DNA of 64,000 nucleotides, from NCBI GenBank assembly GCA_963695545.1, contig OY968796.1, positions 3,872,001 to 3,936,000 on the forward strand. Direction: 5' to 3'. Positions 29,310 to 38,824 of this stretch are shown one piece after another. Both the position numbers and the translations under genes were made by a program. The notes under the pieces were generated by a model. The model saw only the letters and a program-made list of their open reading frames with translations. It was not told where the DNA came from and did not search any database. The first letter of the stretch is position 1, and every line of letters begins with the position of its first letter. The stretch comes from Terriglobia bacterium. Lineage in GTDB: Bacteria > Acidobacteriota > Terriglobia > Acidiferrales > UBA7541.

Positions 29310-29612
29310 CTACCATTTCAGCAAATCCATCTCGTCGCCCAGCACTGTCTCGCGATTGCGGAAAAACGCGATCAAAATCCCGAGCCCAACCGCGGCCTCA
29401 GCCGCCGCATCGGTGATGATAAAAATCGCGAATACCTGCCCTTCGACCGATCCTACCAGCCGCGAAAACGCGATCAAATTGATATTCACCGCGTTCAGGA
29501 TCAATTCGACGGACATCAAAATGATGACGACGTTCCGCCGCGTGATCACGCCGATCACGCCGATCAGAAACATCGCCATGCTCAGAAACAAATAGTGCCC
29601 TGTCGAAATCAA
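29310..29612 (-). CDS. nuoK: NADH-quinone oxidoreductase subunit K (operon 2)
   Basis: Motifs VELILNAVNINL and AAAEAAVGLG. Confidence 0.94.
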   Translation of the reverse strand: MISTGHYLFLSMAMFLIGVIGVITRRNVVIILMSVELILNAVNINLIAFSRLVGSVEGQVFAIFIITDAAAEAAVGLGILIAFFRNRETVLGDEMDLLKW

Positions 29613-29625
29613 CGATCCCTCCGCC

Positions 29626-30135
29626 TCAAACCCTGCGCTTGGCCATCACCACCGCGCCAACCATGGCCACAAGCAACAGCACCGACGCGATTTCAAACGG
29701 CAGCATGTAAGTCGAAAACAGCGCGCGCCCAACCATTTCCGTATTTGGCTGCAGCACAGACGCCGGCGGCGCGCCCGATCCCGGCGGCAAGCCCGTGCGC
29801 CCGATGCGTATGGCCAGCGCGATTTGCGCGCCCAAGACGAGCGCAATCAGCGTGGCCACCCACGCCTGCCGGCGAAAACGCATCTGGTGCATGGCCACGT
29901 CAAGATTCACGAGCATGATCACGAAAACAAAGAGCACCATGATCCCGCCGACGTACAAAATGATCTGCACGATGAACAAGAACTCAGCCTGCAATTGCAG
30001 AAAAATCCCAGCGGTCGCGAGCAGCGCGGTGATCAGAAAGATCGCGCTTTGCACCGCACTGCGCCGCGTCACCACCAGAATCGAGGAGACAATCGCCAGC
30101 ACGGCGAAAAAATAAAATACAATCAGGTCAAGCAT
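29626..30135 (-). CDS. nuoJ: NADH-quinone oxidoreductase subunit J (operon 2)
   Basis: Motifs QIILYVGGIMVLFVFVIML and PFEIASVLLLVAMVGA. Confidence 0.94.
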   Translation of the reverse strand: MLDLIVFYFFAVLAIVSSILVVTRRSAVQSAIFLITALLATAGIFLQLQAEFLFIVQIILYVGGIMVLFVFVIMLVNLDVAMHQMRFRRQAWVATLIALVLGAQIALAIRIGRTGLPPGSGAPPASVLQPNTEMVGRALFSTYMLPFEIASVLLLVAMVGAVVMAKRRV

Positions 30136-31492
30136 CGCGGCCCGTTCCCCAGAATTCGCCCACAATCGCCTCGCTCGGCTCCTTGCGCTCTCCGGCCGCG
30201 CCTAGATACACCGCGACCACGGCCGTCAGCGCCGTCGTCAGCGGCAGCGCGAGCCAAAGGCTCCAACCGAACGCGCGATGCAGCGCCAAACCCGTCGCGA
30301 TTCCCACCACGTTCACGATCGAAACCGGAATCAAAAATTGCCATCCGAGGCGCATCAACTGATCGAACCGATAGCGCGGAAATGTGAATCGCAGCCACAT
30401 GAACAGGTAAATATACAAAAACACTTTCAGCAAAAACCAGAATCCCCCGTGAAGAGAAGCTTTCCAACCCGCCACCATGCTCCCCGCCGGCGCCACCAGC
30501 GGCCCGACCAGCGCCACAGCGAACAGCGCGAAAAGCCCCGCCACCGCAACCATCACCAGTTTCTGAATTCCCACCGGCTGCTTCGGCGCGCGAAACAAAC
30601 AATAGCCCGCAATTCCCACCATCAGAATCGGCGGCAGCCAATCCAGAAAATTCAGAGCCGGCGTTGCGGCAAACGGACGCAGCCATCCGCCCAGAAAAAG
30701 TGTCGTGGCGATCGCCGCGACCACCACCATGTTCGTATATTCCGCAAGAAAATAAAGTGCCCAGCGAAATCCGCTGAACTCCGTCATGTACCCGGCTACG
30801 AGCTCCGATTCCGCTTCCGGCATATCGAACGGCGCGCGATTGGTTTCCGCAATCGACGCGATCAGGTAAATAAAAAATGCGATCGGCGTCGCGAAGATGA
30901 ACCACATTCCATGCGCGGCCTGCACTTCGACGATCCCGCGAATCGAAAGTGTCCCGGCCATCAGCAGCGCGCCTACAATCGCCATGCCCGCCGCGGTTTC
31001 GTAACTCACCAATTGCGCCGCGCTGCGCATCGCTCCCAGCAGCGAATAATGGCTGTTCGAGGCCCATCCGCCCAGCACGATCCCGAAAATTCCCATCGCG
31101 CCGATGCCCACCACGAACAACAATCCAATATTCAGCTCGGCGATCTGAAATCCCGGACCAAACGCCAGCGCCGACATCGCCAGCATCGCCGCCGTCACCG
31201 AAAGCAGCGGCGCGAGCCAAAAAATCATGCGGTCGGCGCTTTCCGGAACGATGTCTTCTTTCAGCAGCAGCTTCACCGCATCGGCGATCGGTTGCAGCAA
31301 TCCGTGCGGGCCCACGCGCATCGGGCCCAGCCGCACCTGCATGTGCGCCATCACTTTGCGCTCGAGCAACACGATGTAGCCCGCGATCAGCGGCAGCACG
31401 CCCACGATCACCAGCGCAAAAATCAGCGGCAGCACGTAGGGCTTCAGCGGGCCCTGCGCCAAGCCGATGATCTTTTGTAATGTGGCGTGCAT
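30128..31492 (-). CDS. nuoH: NADH-quinone oxidoreductase subunit H (operon 2)
   Basis: Motifs ERKVMAHMQVRLGPMRVG, AETNRAPFDMPEAESEL and PRYRFDQLM. Confidence 0.95.
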   Translation of the reverse strand: MHATLQKIIGLAQGPLKPYVLPLIFALVIVGVLPLIAGYIVLLERKVMAHMQVRLGPMRVGPHGLLQPIADAVKLLLKEDIVPESADRMIFWLAPLLSVTAAMLAMSALAFGPGFQIAELNIGLLFVVGIGAMGIFGIVLGGWASNSHYSLLGAMRSAAQLVSYETAAGMAIVGALLMAGTLSIRGIVEVQAAHGMWFIFATPIAFFIYLIASIAETNRAPFDMPEAESELVAGYMTEFSGFRWALYFLAEYTNMVVVAAIATTLFLGGWLRPFAATPALNFLDWLPPILMVGIAGYCLFRAPKQPVGIQKLVMVAVAGLFALFAVALVGPLVAPAGSMVAGWKASLHGGFWFLLKVFLYIYLFMWLRFTFPRYRFDQLMRLGWQFLIPVSIVNVVGIATGLALHRAFGWSLWLALPLTTALTAVVAVYLGAAGERKEPSEAIVGEFWGTGRDA

Positions 31493-31495
31493 CGA

Positions 31496-32641
31496 TTAGC
31501 GGTCCACTTCTCCGAGCACGATGTCGAGCGTGCCGATAATCGCCACCACGTCCGCCACCAAGTGCCCGCGCACCATCTTGTCGAACGCTTCCAAATTGAT
31601 CAGCGACGGCGGCCGGATGCGCACGCGATACGGTTGCGTCGTGCCGTCGCTCACGATGTAGTAGCCCAGCTCGCCCTTCGGCGCTTCGATCGAATGATAG
31701 ACCTCGCCCGGCGGCGGCTTCAGCACCTTACCGACCTTCCCCATGATCGGCCCGGCCGGAATCGCTTCCACAGCCTGCAAGCAAATCTTGCGCGATTGGC
31801 GCATCTCTTCCATGCGCACGATGTAGCGGTCGTAGGTGTCGCCATTCTTGCCGATGGGAATCTCAAATTCATATTGATCGTACGCCGCGTAAGGCATGGC
31901 CTTGCGAATGTCCCACTTCACGCCGCTGCCGCGCAGCACCGGCCCCGACGCTCCGTAAGCAATCGCATCTTCTGCCGAGATCACGCCGATCCCCTTCGTG
32001 CGCCCCACCCAGATGCGATTAGTCGTAAGCAGCGATTCGTATTCATCCACACGCTTGTCGAATTCCAGGCAGAATCGCGTCACATCTTTTTCAAAGCCGT
32101 CGTAGGATTCGTACTGCAATCCGCCGATGCGAAACGCATGCGTGGTCAACCGCGCGCCGCAGTACTTCTCGAAAATTTTCAGGATCTCTTCCCGCTCGCG
32201 CAAACAATAAAACAATGGCGTCAGCGCGCCAATATCGAGCGCGTGCGTCCCCAGCCAGAACAAGTGGCTTGCGATGCGTTGCAACTCCGTCAGAATCGTG
32301 CGGATCACGCGCGCCCGCGGCGGCGCCTCCGCGCCCATCAACTTTTCCACCGCCTCGCAGTAACCCAGCCCGTTCGAAACCGCCGCCACGTAGTCCATGC
32401 GATCCACGTACGGCGCAAATTGCTGATACGTCCTGTGCTCGGCGATTTTCTCCACGCCGCGATGCAAATATCCGATCACGCATTCGGAGCCAATCACTTT
32501 CTCGCCGTCCAGACGCAGCTTCACGCGCAGCACTCCGTGCGTCGAAGGGTGTTGCGGCCCCATATTGAGGATGATTTCGTCGGCGCCGAGAACCGTCGTC
32601 TCCACGTTCTCACCGGCGCCAGGATTGTAGGGATCGCCCAA
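31496..32641 (-). CDS. nuoD: NADH-quinone oxidoreductase subunit D (operon 2)
   Basis: Motifs [27 protein letters not shown] and GEVDR. Confidence 0.95.
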   Translation of the reverse strand: MGDPYNPGAGENVETTVLGADEIILNMGPQHPSTHGVLRVKLRLDGEKVIGSECVIGYLHRGVEKIAEHRTYQQFAPYVDRMDYVAAVSNGLGYCEAVEKLMGAEAPPRARVIRTILTELQRIASHLFWLGTHALDIGALTPLFYCLREREEILKIFEKYCGARLTTHAFRIGGLQYESYDGFEKDVTRFCLEFDKRVDEYESLLTTNRIWVGRTKGIGVISAEDAIAYGASGPVLRGSGVKWDIRKAMPYAAYDQYEFEIPIGKNGDTYDRYIVRMEEMRQSRKICLQAVEAIPAGPIMGKVGKVLKPPPGEVYHSIEAPKGELGYYIVSDGTTQPYRVRIRPPSLINLEAFDKMVRGHLVADVVAIIGTLDIVLGEVDR

Positions 32642-32668
32642 GATTTTTTCCTAGTGTCCGCTCGCGCC

Positions 32669-33370
32669 CTATTGACCGCTCTCGATGCCCAGGTTCTCGC
32701 GCACCCAAGCCGTGTCCTGCTGCAAAATGTCGTAATCCTTGCGCAGCGGATAGCCCTGCCATTCCTCCGGCAGCAGCAATCGCCGCAAGTCGGGGTGCCC
32801 TTCAAACACGATTCCGAACATGTCGTACACTTCCCGCTCAAGCCAATTCGCCGTCGGCCAAACGTCGACAACCGAAGCCACCAACTCGTCCGCGCCGACT
32901 TGAACTTTCAAACGCAGCCGCTCATTTTTCGCAAACGAATAAAGATTCAGCACCAAATCGAAGCGCTTCTCGCGCCGCGGCCAATCCACCGCCGTCAAAT
33001 CTGTCAGGAAATCGAAATACTCGTCGTCGCGGCTGTAACGCGCGATCTCATCCAGCTTCGCCCCAGCCACCACCAGAATCGCCTGGTTGCGGTCGAGCGT
33101 CGCCTCGGTGATCGCGTCGCCAAAACGCGCCTTGTATCGCTTGGTCAGATCGTTGTCGAGAGAAACAGGTTTCGGGCCCGCTGGAGCCGCAGGCCGCGGC
33201 GGCGCAGCCGCAGCAGCCGGCGCCGCGGGCTTGGCCGCGGGCGTTGCTGCGGACGGCGCAATCACGGGAGGCGCGGCAGAAGGCGCTGTGCCGGAAACGT
33301 CAGATTGTGCGGCAGGTTTCTCCGCGGGCGGAGCGGCGGGTGGCTGCTTTTCCTCGGCGTCGTTGGCCAT
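32669..33370 (-). CDS. nuoC: NADH-quinone oxidoreductase subunit C (operon 2), with Pro/Ala-rich N-terminal extension
   Basis: [16 protein letters not shown]...[11 protein letters not shown]...PLRKDY. Confidence 0.93.
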   Translation of the reverse strand: MANDAEEKQPPAAPPAEKPAAQSDVSGTAPSAAPPVIAPSAATPAAKPAAPAAAAAPPRPAAPAGPKPVSLDNDLTKRYKARFGDAITEATLDRNQAILVVAGAKLDEIARYSRDDEYFDFLTDLTAVDWPRREKRFDLVLNLYSFAKNERLRLKVQVGADELVASVVDVWPTANWLEREVYDMFGIVFEGHPDLRRLLLPEEWQGYPLRKDYDILQQDTAWVRENLGIESGQ

Positions 33371-33680
33371 GGAGTCGGGGCTTCGCCGGGCCGGAAGCAG
33401 CCCGCACAGCCCATCAAACTCAAAGCGTAGTTTCTAACACACGGCCAATAGCAGCGCAACCCATTCCCGCGCCTTCCGCGATACGCCGTCGCCACACGTC
33501 GCGCGATCCGCTCGACGCGGCCGCCCTAACGCCTCGTCAAGTCGGGCGATGTGAATCTGCGCACGCCAATGTTCCAGGAATCGCGCGAAGAAATCTCCCC
33601 AAACGGGTTTTTTAGTGTACTATTTGCCGGCCGGACACTCCCTGCATTGCTTGTCGCGGTACTGGTGGTTTAGGAGGGTT

Positions 33681-35261
33681 ATGCCTAGAGTCGTCCTGAT
33701 TAACCCATCGCTCACGACAATGGGTTATTCCGTTATCACGCCCAGATGGCTCTTCGTTCTCGGTCAGGCAACACCGGTCGATCTCGTCGGCGATCCCATC
33801 CTTATTGATGAAGCCATCGCGCCGTTCGATCCGGAGATGCTGCGTCCCGACGATCTCGTCGGCGTCGGCATCAGCACCGGCAACTGCCGCGCCGGCTACG
33901 AAATCCTGAAAAAAGCGAAATCGAAGGGCGCCACGGTCGTCATGGGCGGAATCCATCCCACGATTTTCCCGGACGAGCCGCTCGAGATGGGCGCTGACGC
34001 CGTGGTCACCGGCAACGGCGACGTGATCTGGGCCAAAGTCGTCGAAGATTTTCTCACCGGCAATCTGCAGAAAAAATATCTTGGCGGACGCGTCCCTGGC
34101 GAGGCGCTACAGAAAGCGCGCTGGGATCTGCTCGATCCCCGCCAGTATATGTTCCCCACTGTGCAAACCGTTGCCGGCTGCCCGGAAAATTGCAGCTTCT
34201 GCTCCGTCTGGGTCACCGACGGTCGCCAGGCCCGCCAGCGCCTCGCCAGCAAAATCATCGACGAAGTGAACGAACTCTACGCCATGGGCATTCGCTGGCT
34301 GATTTTCGCCGACGATAATTTCAATCCTTCCACCCTCGGCCGCATCGCCCGCGAGCCCAGCGCGGAAAAAAGAAAACAGTTCGAGGAAATTCGCGCGGAA
34401 CGCCTGCGCTTCTTCGATGAATACGACCGCAACGTCCCGAAAGATATCTACGCCTTCACCCAAATGACCACCGAGGTCGTGAGCGACCCCGAATATCTTT
34501 CCGCGATGCACGACAAAATGCGCCTGCGCGGCGCGCTCATCGGCATCGAATCGTTTTCCGAGGACGGCTTGCGCAGTGCCAACAAGAGTTGGAATCCCAC
34601 CGGCAAGCGCATGGTCGAAACCATTCAGAAAATCGAAGGCGCCGGCATCATGGTCTTGAGCTCCGTGATCTGCGGCCTCGAATCGGACACCGTGCAAACC
34701 ATTCGCACCATGCGCCAGTTCGCGTGCGATTCGGGCTCAACCATCGCGCAATTCGCGATGTACCATCCCTATCCCGGCACCAAAGACTTCTACGAGATGG
34801 TGCGCGACTCGACCAATCGCGCCAAGGTGGATTTCGCTTTCACGCCCAAGCACACCACGCAAATCACCGGCGAACGTTTCTGGCTGAAACCCAAGAACGA
34901 AGCCGATCTCATCACGCACGGAATTATTCCGAGAGACGAATTGTTCGCCGAGCACAAAAAGTGCTGGGACAAGTTTTATTCGCTGAAGGAAATCCTGCGG
35001 CGCGCGCGGACCGGAAGTAAAAAGAATTGGCCCTTCGTCGGCAAATTCACCTACGTTTTGTTTTGCGTGGTGTTTAAGCGGATCTACGGAGGGCAGGGCA
35101 TGGCCGCCGACGGCGTGCGCAAGCGCCAGTTGAGCATGGTCACGAAGATCTGGATCAAGATCGCCGTTGGCGCTTACAACCACTACTGCCGCACTCGAAG
35201 CGGCGGTCACTTGAACAAACCTTGGGCCGAGCCGAAGCGCGTTGAGTCTCGAGCCTCATAG
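33681..35261 (+). CDS. B12-binding-domain radical SAM protein
   Basis: AGGAGG RBS. N-terminal cobalamin-binding-type domain (VVLINP, VVMGGIHPT) and the CPENCSFC CxxxCxxC motif. Confidence 0.88.
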   Translation: MPRVVLINPSLTTMGYSVITPRWLFVLGQATPVDLVGDPILIDEAIAPFDPEMLRPDDLVGVGISTGNCRAGYEILKKAKSKGATVVMGGIHPTIFPDEPLEMGADAVVTGNGDVIWAKVVEDFLTGNLQKKYLGGRVPGEALQKARWDLLDPRQYMFPTVQTVAGCPENCSFCSVWVTDGRQARQRLASKIIDEVNELYAMGIRWLIFADDNFNPSTLGRIAREPSAEKRKQFEEIRAERLRFFDEYDRNVPKDIYAFTQMTTEVVSDPEYLSAMHDKMRLRGALIGIESFSEDGLRSANKSWNPTGKRMVETIQKIEGAGIMVLSSVICGLESDTVQTIRTMRQFACDSGSTIAQFAMYHPYPGTKDFYEMVRDSTNRAKVDFAFTPKHTTQITGERFWLKPKNEADLITHGIIPRDELFAEHKKCWDKFYSLKEILRRARTGSKKNWPFVGKFTYVLFCVVFKRIYGGQGMAADGVRKRQLSMVTKIWIKIAVGAYNHYCRTRSGGHLNKPWAEPKRVESRAS

Positions 35262-35312
35262 CGCAAAACGAAACCTGGAAATTTTGCCGAGTTTGAAGCG
35301 CAGCGCTCGGGG

Positions 35313-35693
35313 CTACACCCACTCGAGAGCGCCCTTGCGGTAGAGCCAAACGTATCCCACGATCAGAATCCCCAGAAAAATGAACATGCTACCCAGCGCA
35401 AACAGCGGGCTTAAGCGGAATCCCGGCACGTGCGTGGAATACAAAACGGCCCAGGGGAACAAGAAGATCGTCTCGACGTCGAAAATCACGAAGAGTATCG
35501 CCACGATGTAAAACCGCACAGAGTAGCGGCCACGCGAATCTGATTCCGCGGGGACGCCGCACTCGTAGGGCTTCACCTTCACACCGGTGGTCACGGAATC
35601 CGGTCGAATGAACTTGAAAAGCAGCAGCGTGACGCCCGGGAAGGCGGCCGCGAGCAGCGCAAAGATGAAGATCGGGATGTATTGTCTCGGCAT
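35313..35693 (-). CDS. nuoA: NADH-quinone oxidoreductase subunit A (operon 2)
   Basis: Motifs PYECG, FVIFDVETIFLFPWA and RKGALEW. Confidence 0.94.
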   Translation of the reverse strand: MPRQYIPIFIFALLAAAFPGVTLLLFKFIRPDSVTTGVKVKPYECGVPAESDSRGRYSVRFYIVAILFVIFDVETIFLFPWAVLYSTHVPGFRLSPLFALGSMFIFLGILIVGYVWLYRKGALEWV

Positions 35694-35798
35694 CTCGGCA
35701 GCGCGCTCTCCCTGGATCTCGTCAGAAACTTAGTTCGCGCGCCATCCTAGCACATTCGCGCGCCACTTCAAGCGCCACATGCGAGCACAATCGGCGCG

Positions 35799-36687
35799 CT
35801 ATTTGTCGAACATCAATTCGCGCGCGCGCTCGGTGGCCTTAACGACGGCCTTGATCAGCGTGACGCGCACCTTGCCGTCCTCAAGTTCGAGCAGCCCGTC
35901 AATCGTGCAGCCTGCCGGTGTGGTCACGCCATCTTTCAGCAGCGCGGGATGATCGCCGGTTTGCAGCACCATCTGCGCCGCGCCGGCCATGGTTTGCGCC
36001 GCCAGTAGCGTGGCGATTTCGCGCGAAAGTCCGGTCTTCACGCCCGCTTCCGCCAGCGATTCCAGAATCACGTAAATAAACGCCGTGCCGCTGGCTGAAA
36101 GACCCGTGACCGCGTCCATCAATTTTTCGTCTACCACAGCCACGCGCCCCGCCGACTCAAACAGCTTGCGCGCGATTTCCATGTGCGCCTCGGTGGCGTG
36201 GCGCCCCTTGGCTAAACCCGTCATTCCTTCGCCGATCGCGCACGGCGTATTCGGCATTGCGCGAATCACAGGCACATCGTTCGGCAATTTCTGCCTCGAG
36301 ATGCGAAGTCGGCACCGAGGCCGCCACCGAAATCACCAGCGTGTTCGGCCCGACTTCCCCGCGAATCGCCTGCGCCACTTCCGCCACCAGAAGCGGCTTT
36401 ACGGCGATCAGCACGATATCGGCGCCGCGTGCCGCCGCGCGGTTGTCGGTCCCGACCGACACGCCCAAACTTTTCGATAGCTCCGCCGCGCGCTCGGCGT
36501 GCTTCACCGTGGCGCGAGCGTTCTTCGGCTGGACGAGCTTCTTCTGCAGAAACGCGCGCAGCAGAATCCCGCCGATCTTTCCGGCACCCAGCACCGCCAC
36601 GCGCTTACTGGAAAGATCGGCGCTCGGCTTGGCGCTTGGCTTCCCGCTCGCTTTGCTGATCTTCTTGGCGCTCAATTGCGTCCCCAT
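35799..36687 (-). pseudogene. proC: Pyrroline-5-carboxylate reductase split by a 1-nt frameshift near 36294 (pseudogene or sequencing error)
   Basis: The N-half (GAGKIG, LIAVKP, ISVAAS) and C-half (IRAMPNTP, DAVTGLSASG, VTTPAGCT) are in different frames. Removing one G from GAG-G-CAG restores LEQKLPNDVPVIRAMPNTP. Confidence 0.85.
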
Positions 36688-36748
36688 TTCTTTTGCTTGC
36701 GATCCAGCCACTCGTCTCGAACGCAGCAGCCCCGTCAACCACGGCCCA

Positions 36749-37225
36749 CTAATCGTGCTTGGCGCCGTGCAGCACTTCGACAGCGTGCGGCAGCAACTCC
36801 GCCACCGCGTCCAGCGATTCCACCGCGCCGCGCGGACTGCCCGGCAAATTTACCACCAAACATTTGGCCCGCACCGCCGCCACGCCGCGCGAAAGCGCCG
36901 CGCGCAAATTCTTTTCACGGCCGCGCGCGCGCATCAATTCTCCCACCCCCGGCAGAGGTTTTTCGCACGCCGCAAGCGTGGCTTCCGGCGTCGCATCGCG
37001 GGGACCAATTCCGGTTCCGCCCGCGGTCAGAATAATGTCGGCCGCGTCCGCATCAGCCAGCGTCGAAAGACGCGAGGCAATCGTGGCGCGCTCGTCTGGC
37101 AGCGCCTCCGCCGCCACCACTTCCCATCCCAGCGCCTTGCACCGCTCGGCCACCGCCGGTCCCGTGCGATCCTCGCGCTCGCCGCGCGCCACCGAATCGC
37201 TGATCGTGAGCACCGCGATTCGCAT
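36749..37225 (-). CDS. mog: Molybdopterin adenylyltransferase, MogA/MoaB family
   Basis: Motifs AVLTISD, GGTGIGPRDATPEAT and NLPGSP. Confidence 0.88.
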   Translation of the reverse strand: MRIAVLTISDSVARGEREDRTGPAVAERCKALGWEVVAAEALPDERATIASRLSTLADADAADIILTAGGTGIGPRDATPEATLAACEKPLPGVGELMRARGREKNLRAALSRGVAAVRAKCLVVNLPGSPRGAVESLDAVAELLPHAVEVLHGAKHD

Positions 37226-37239
37226 CGCCAAATTGCAGC

Positions 37240-37995
37240 CTAGTCTCCGGCCTTTTCGGTCGCGCTGGTGTTCGCTTCATCCATCAAGCGCATCGCTTCC
37301 ATCAAAAGGCCGGTCGTCGAGCGCGTGGTCGTCGCGCGATCCGTGGTGGCATTGAAGTCGATCTCAAATTCTCCTTCGAGCCACTGCACCACGTGGTTCG
37401 CCACGTCGTCGCCTTCAATCGATCCGAGCGTGGCGTGCTTGCACTGCCCCGCGTCGAAATATAGCTCGGCTGTTTCCGAGCCGCGCTTCAGCGTAAGCCT
37501 GCACGATTTCTGCCCCATTTCGAGCGACTGCATCAATTCCGTCACGCTCATCTCCTCAAGGCGCCCCTGAATCACGCCGGGGCGCGCCGCGGTTTTTTGC
37601 AAGCGCTCGAGATGCAGCCGATCCACCAGGCGCTTCGCGGTGCGCTCGAGCTCCGCCAGAAAAAACGGTTTGACCACGAAATCTTCGCCGCTGCCGACGA
37701 CCGGCCGCAATTTTTCCTCGATATCTCCGCGGCTGGCGACGAAAATAAACGGTACGTTGCGCGTGGCCTCCCGCCCCCGCAACTTCTCGTACAGCTGCCT
37801 TCCGTCGAGACCGGCCATCTTGTAGTCGCAGATGATCAGGTCGGGCGGCCGGTTCACCGCGAGGAGCAGCGCATCGGCGCCGTCCGCGGCGGCTACGGCG
37901 TCGTAATTCGCGGCCATCGCGTGGCGCATCATTTCGCGGACCAGTGGATTGTCGTCCACGACGAGCACGCGGAAGTCTTTTGCCGACTGGGTCAT
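37240..37995 (-). CDS. Response regulator receiver plus DUF4388-like domain protein
   Basis: REC motifs VLVVDD, DLIICD and VKPF. C-terminal QGRLEEMSVTELMQSLEMGQKS...LYFDAG. Confidence 0.85.
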   Translation of the reverse strand: MTQSAKDFRVLVVDDNPLVREMMRHAMAANYDAVAAADGADALLLAVNRPPDLIICDYKMAGLDGRQLYEKLRGREATRNVPFIFVASRGDIEEKLRPVVGSGEDFVVKPFFLAELERTAKRLVDRLHLERLQKTAARPGVIQGRLEEMSVTELMQSLEMGQKSCRLTLKRGSETAELYFDAGQCKHATLGSIEGDDVANHVVQWLEGEFEIDFNATTDRATTTRSTTGLLMEAMRLMDEANTSATEKAGD

Positions 37996-38041
37996 GATGA
38001 CTTTTGATCGCTTAGCGACAATTCATCGACGGCCGGCGGCT

Positions 38042-38545
38042 CTAGCGCTTCGCCCCGCTCGGCCGGCGCGCCTTGCCGGCGCGCGCATAATCCCCGCTCG
38101 CGCCGCCTCGCTTTTCAAGAAGTTCTATGTCCGTAATGGTCATGCTCTTATCCATGGCCTTGAGCATGTCGTAGATCGTGAGCGCCGCGGCGGCAACCGC
38201 CACCAGCGCTTCCATCTCCACGCCCGTTCGCGCCGTCGCCGTCACTCGCGAGGTGATTTCCACGCCATTCTGGCATAGCCGCGCAGTCACATCAATGTGC
38301 GTCAGCGGCAGTGGATGGCAAAGAGGTATCCATTCGGCCGTGCGCTTGGCCGCCGCGATGCCCGCGATGCGCGCCACTTCGAGTGGATCACCCTTCGGCG
38401 TCTCCATGCGACGAATGGCGCGTAGCGCCGCGCGCGACACGCGCACAAATCCCCGCGCTACCGCCGTGCGCTCGGTCACGTTCTTCGCCGAGACGTCCAC
38501 CATCGCAACGGCGCCGCTTTTTTTGTAATGCGTTAGCTTTGACAT
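38042..38545 (-). CDS. moaC: Cyclic pyranopterin monophosphate synthase
   Basis: Motifs MVDVSAK, IPLCHPL, TGVEMEAL and IYDMLKA. Confidence 0.95.
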   Translation of the reverse strand: MSKLTHYKKSGAVAMVDVSAKNVTERTAVARGFVRVSRAALRAIRRMETPKGDPLEVARIAGIAAAKRTAEWIPLCHPLPLTHIDVTARLCQNGVEITSRVTATARTGVEMEALVAVAAAALTIYDMLKAMDKSMTITDIELLEKRGGASGDYARAGKARRPSGAKR

Positions 38546-38562
38546 TCAGCGTTCCTAGTGGA

Positions 38563-38696
38563 ACCCGGAACTTCCGCGTCGGGCTCAATTGTGTCGCCCA
38601 TACGGGGCTCGGGAAAAACACTCGTATAAGCAATTTCAGGCGGCGCGCACCCAGGGCTTCCGCCCTGGGCTAAAATGTGCCGCCCCTCCGGGGCTG
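38563..38696. repeat. Two tandem 48-nt REP-like units (38563-38610, 38649-38696)
   Basis: Consensus ACCCnnnnCTTCCGCnnnGGGCTnAAnTGTGyCGCCCnTnCGGGGCT. Copy 2 forms CCCAGGGC/GCCCTGGG and GCCCC/GGGGC hairpins. Confidence 0.7.
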
Positions 38697-38824
38697 ATTG
38701 ATCATCGGTGCGGGACGATCGGTCGATGCGGCACGTGAAAAAAGGCGCGCCGGCGGCAAAGGCCAGCCGTAGCGTTCTGTTAACTGCCAAGGTACTCCCA
38801 CCCCCTACCCCCGGGTGTTTTTTG

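Noticed and set aside
33371..33680. nuoB remnant between nuoA2 and nuoC2
   Set aside because: No NuoB motif (tandem CC of GLACC, CAxSGG) was seen in any frame I read.
36280..36300. Programmed ribosomal frameshift in proC
   Set aside because: No canonical slippery heptamer; an error or a recent mutation is simpler.
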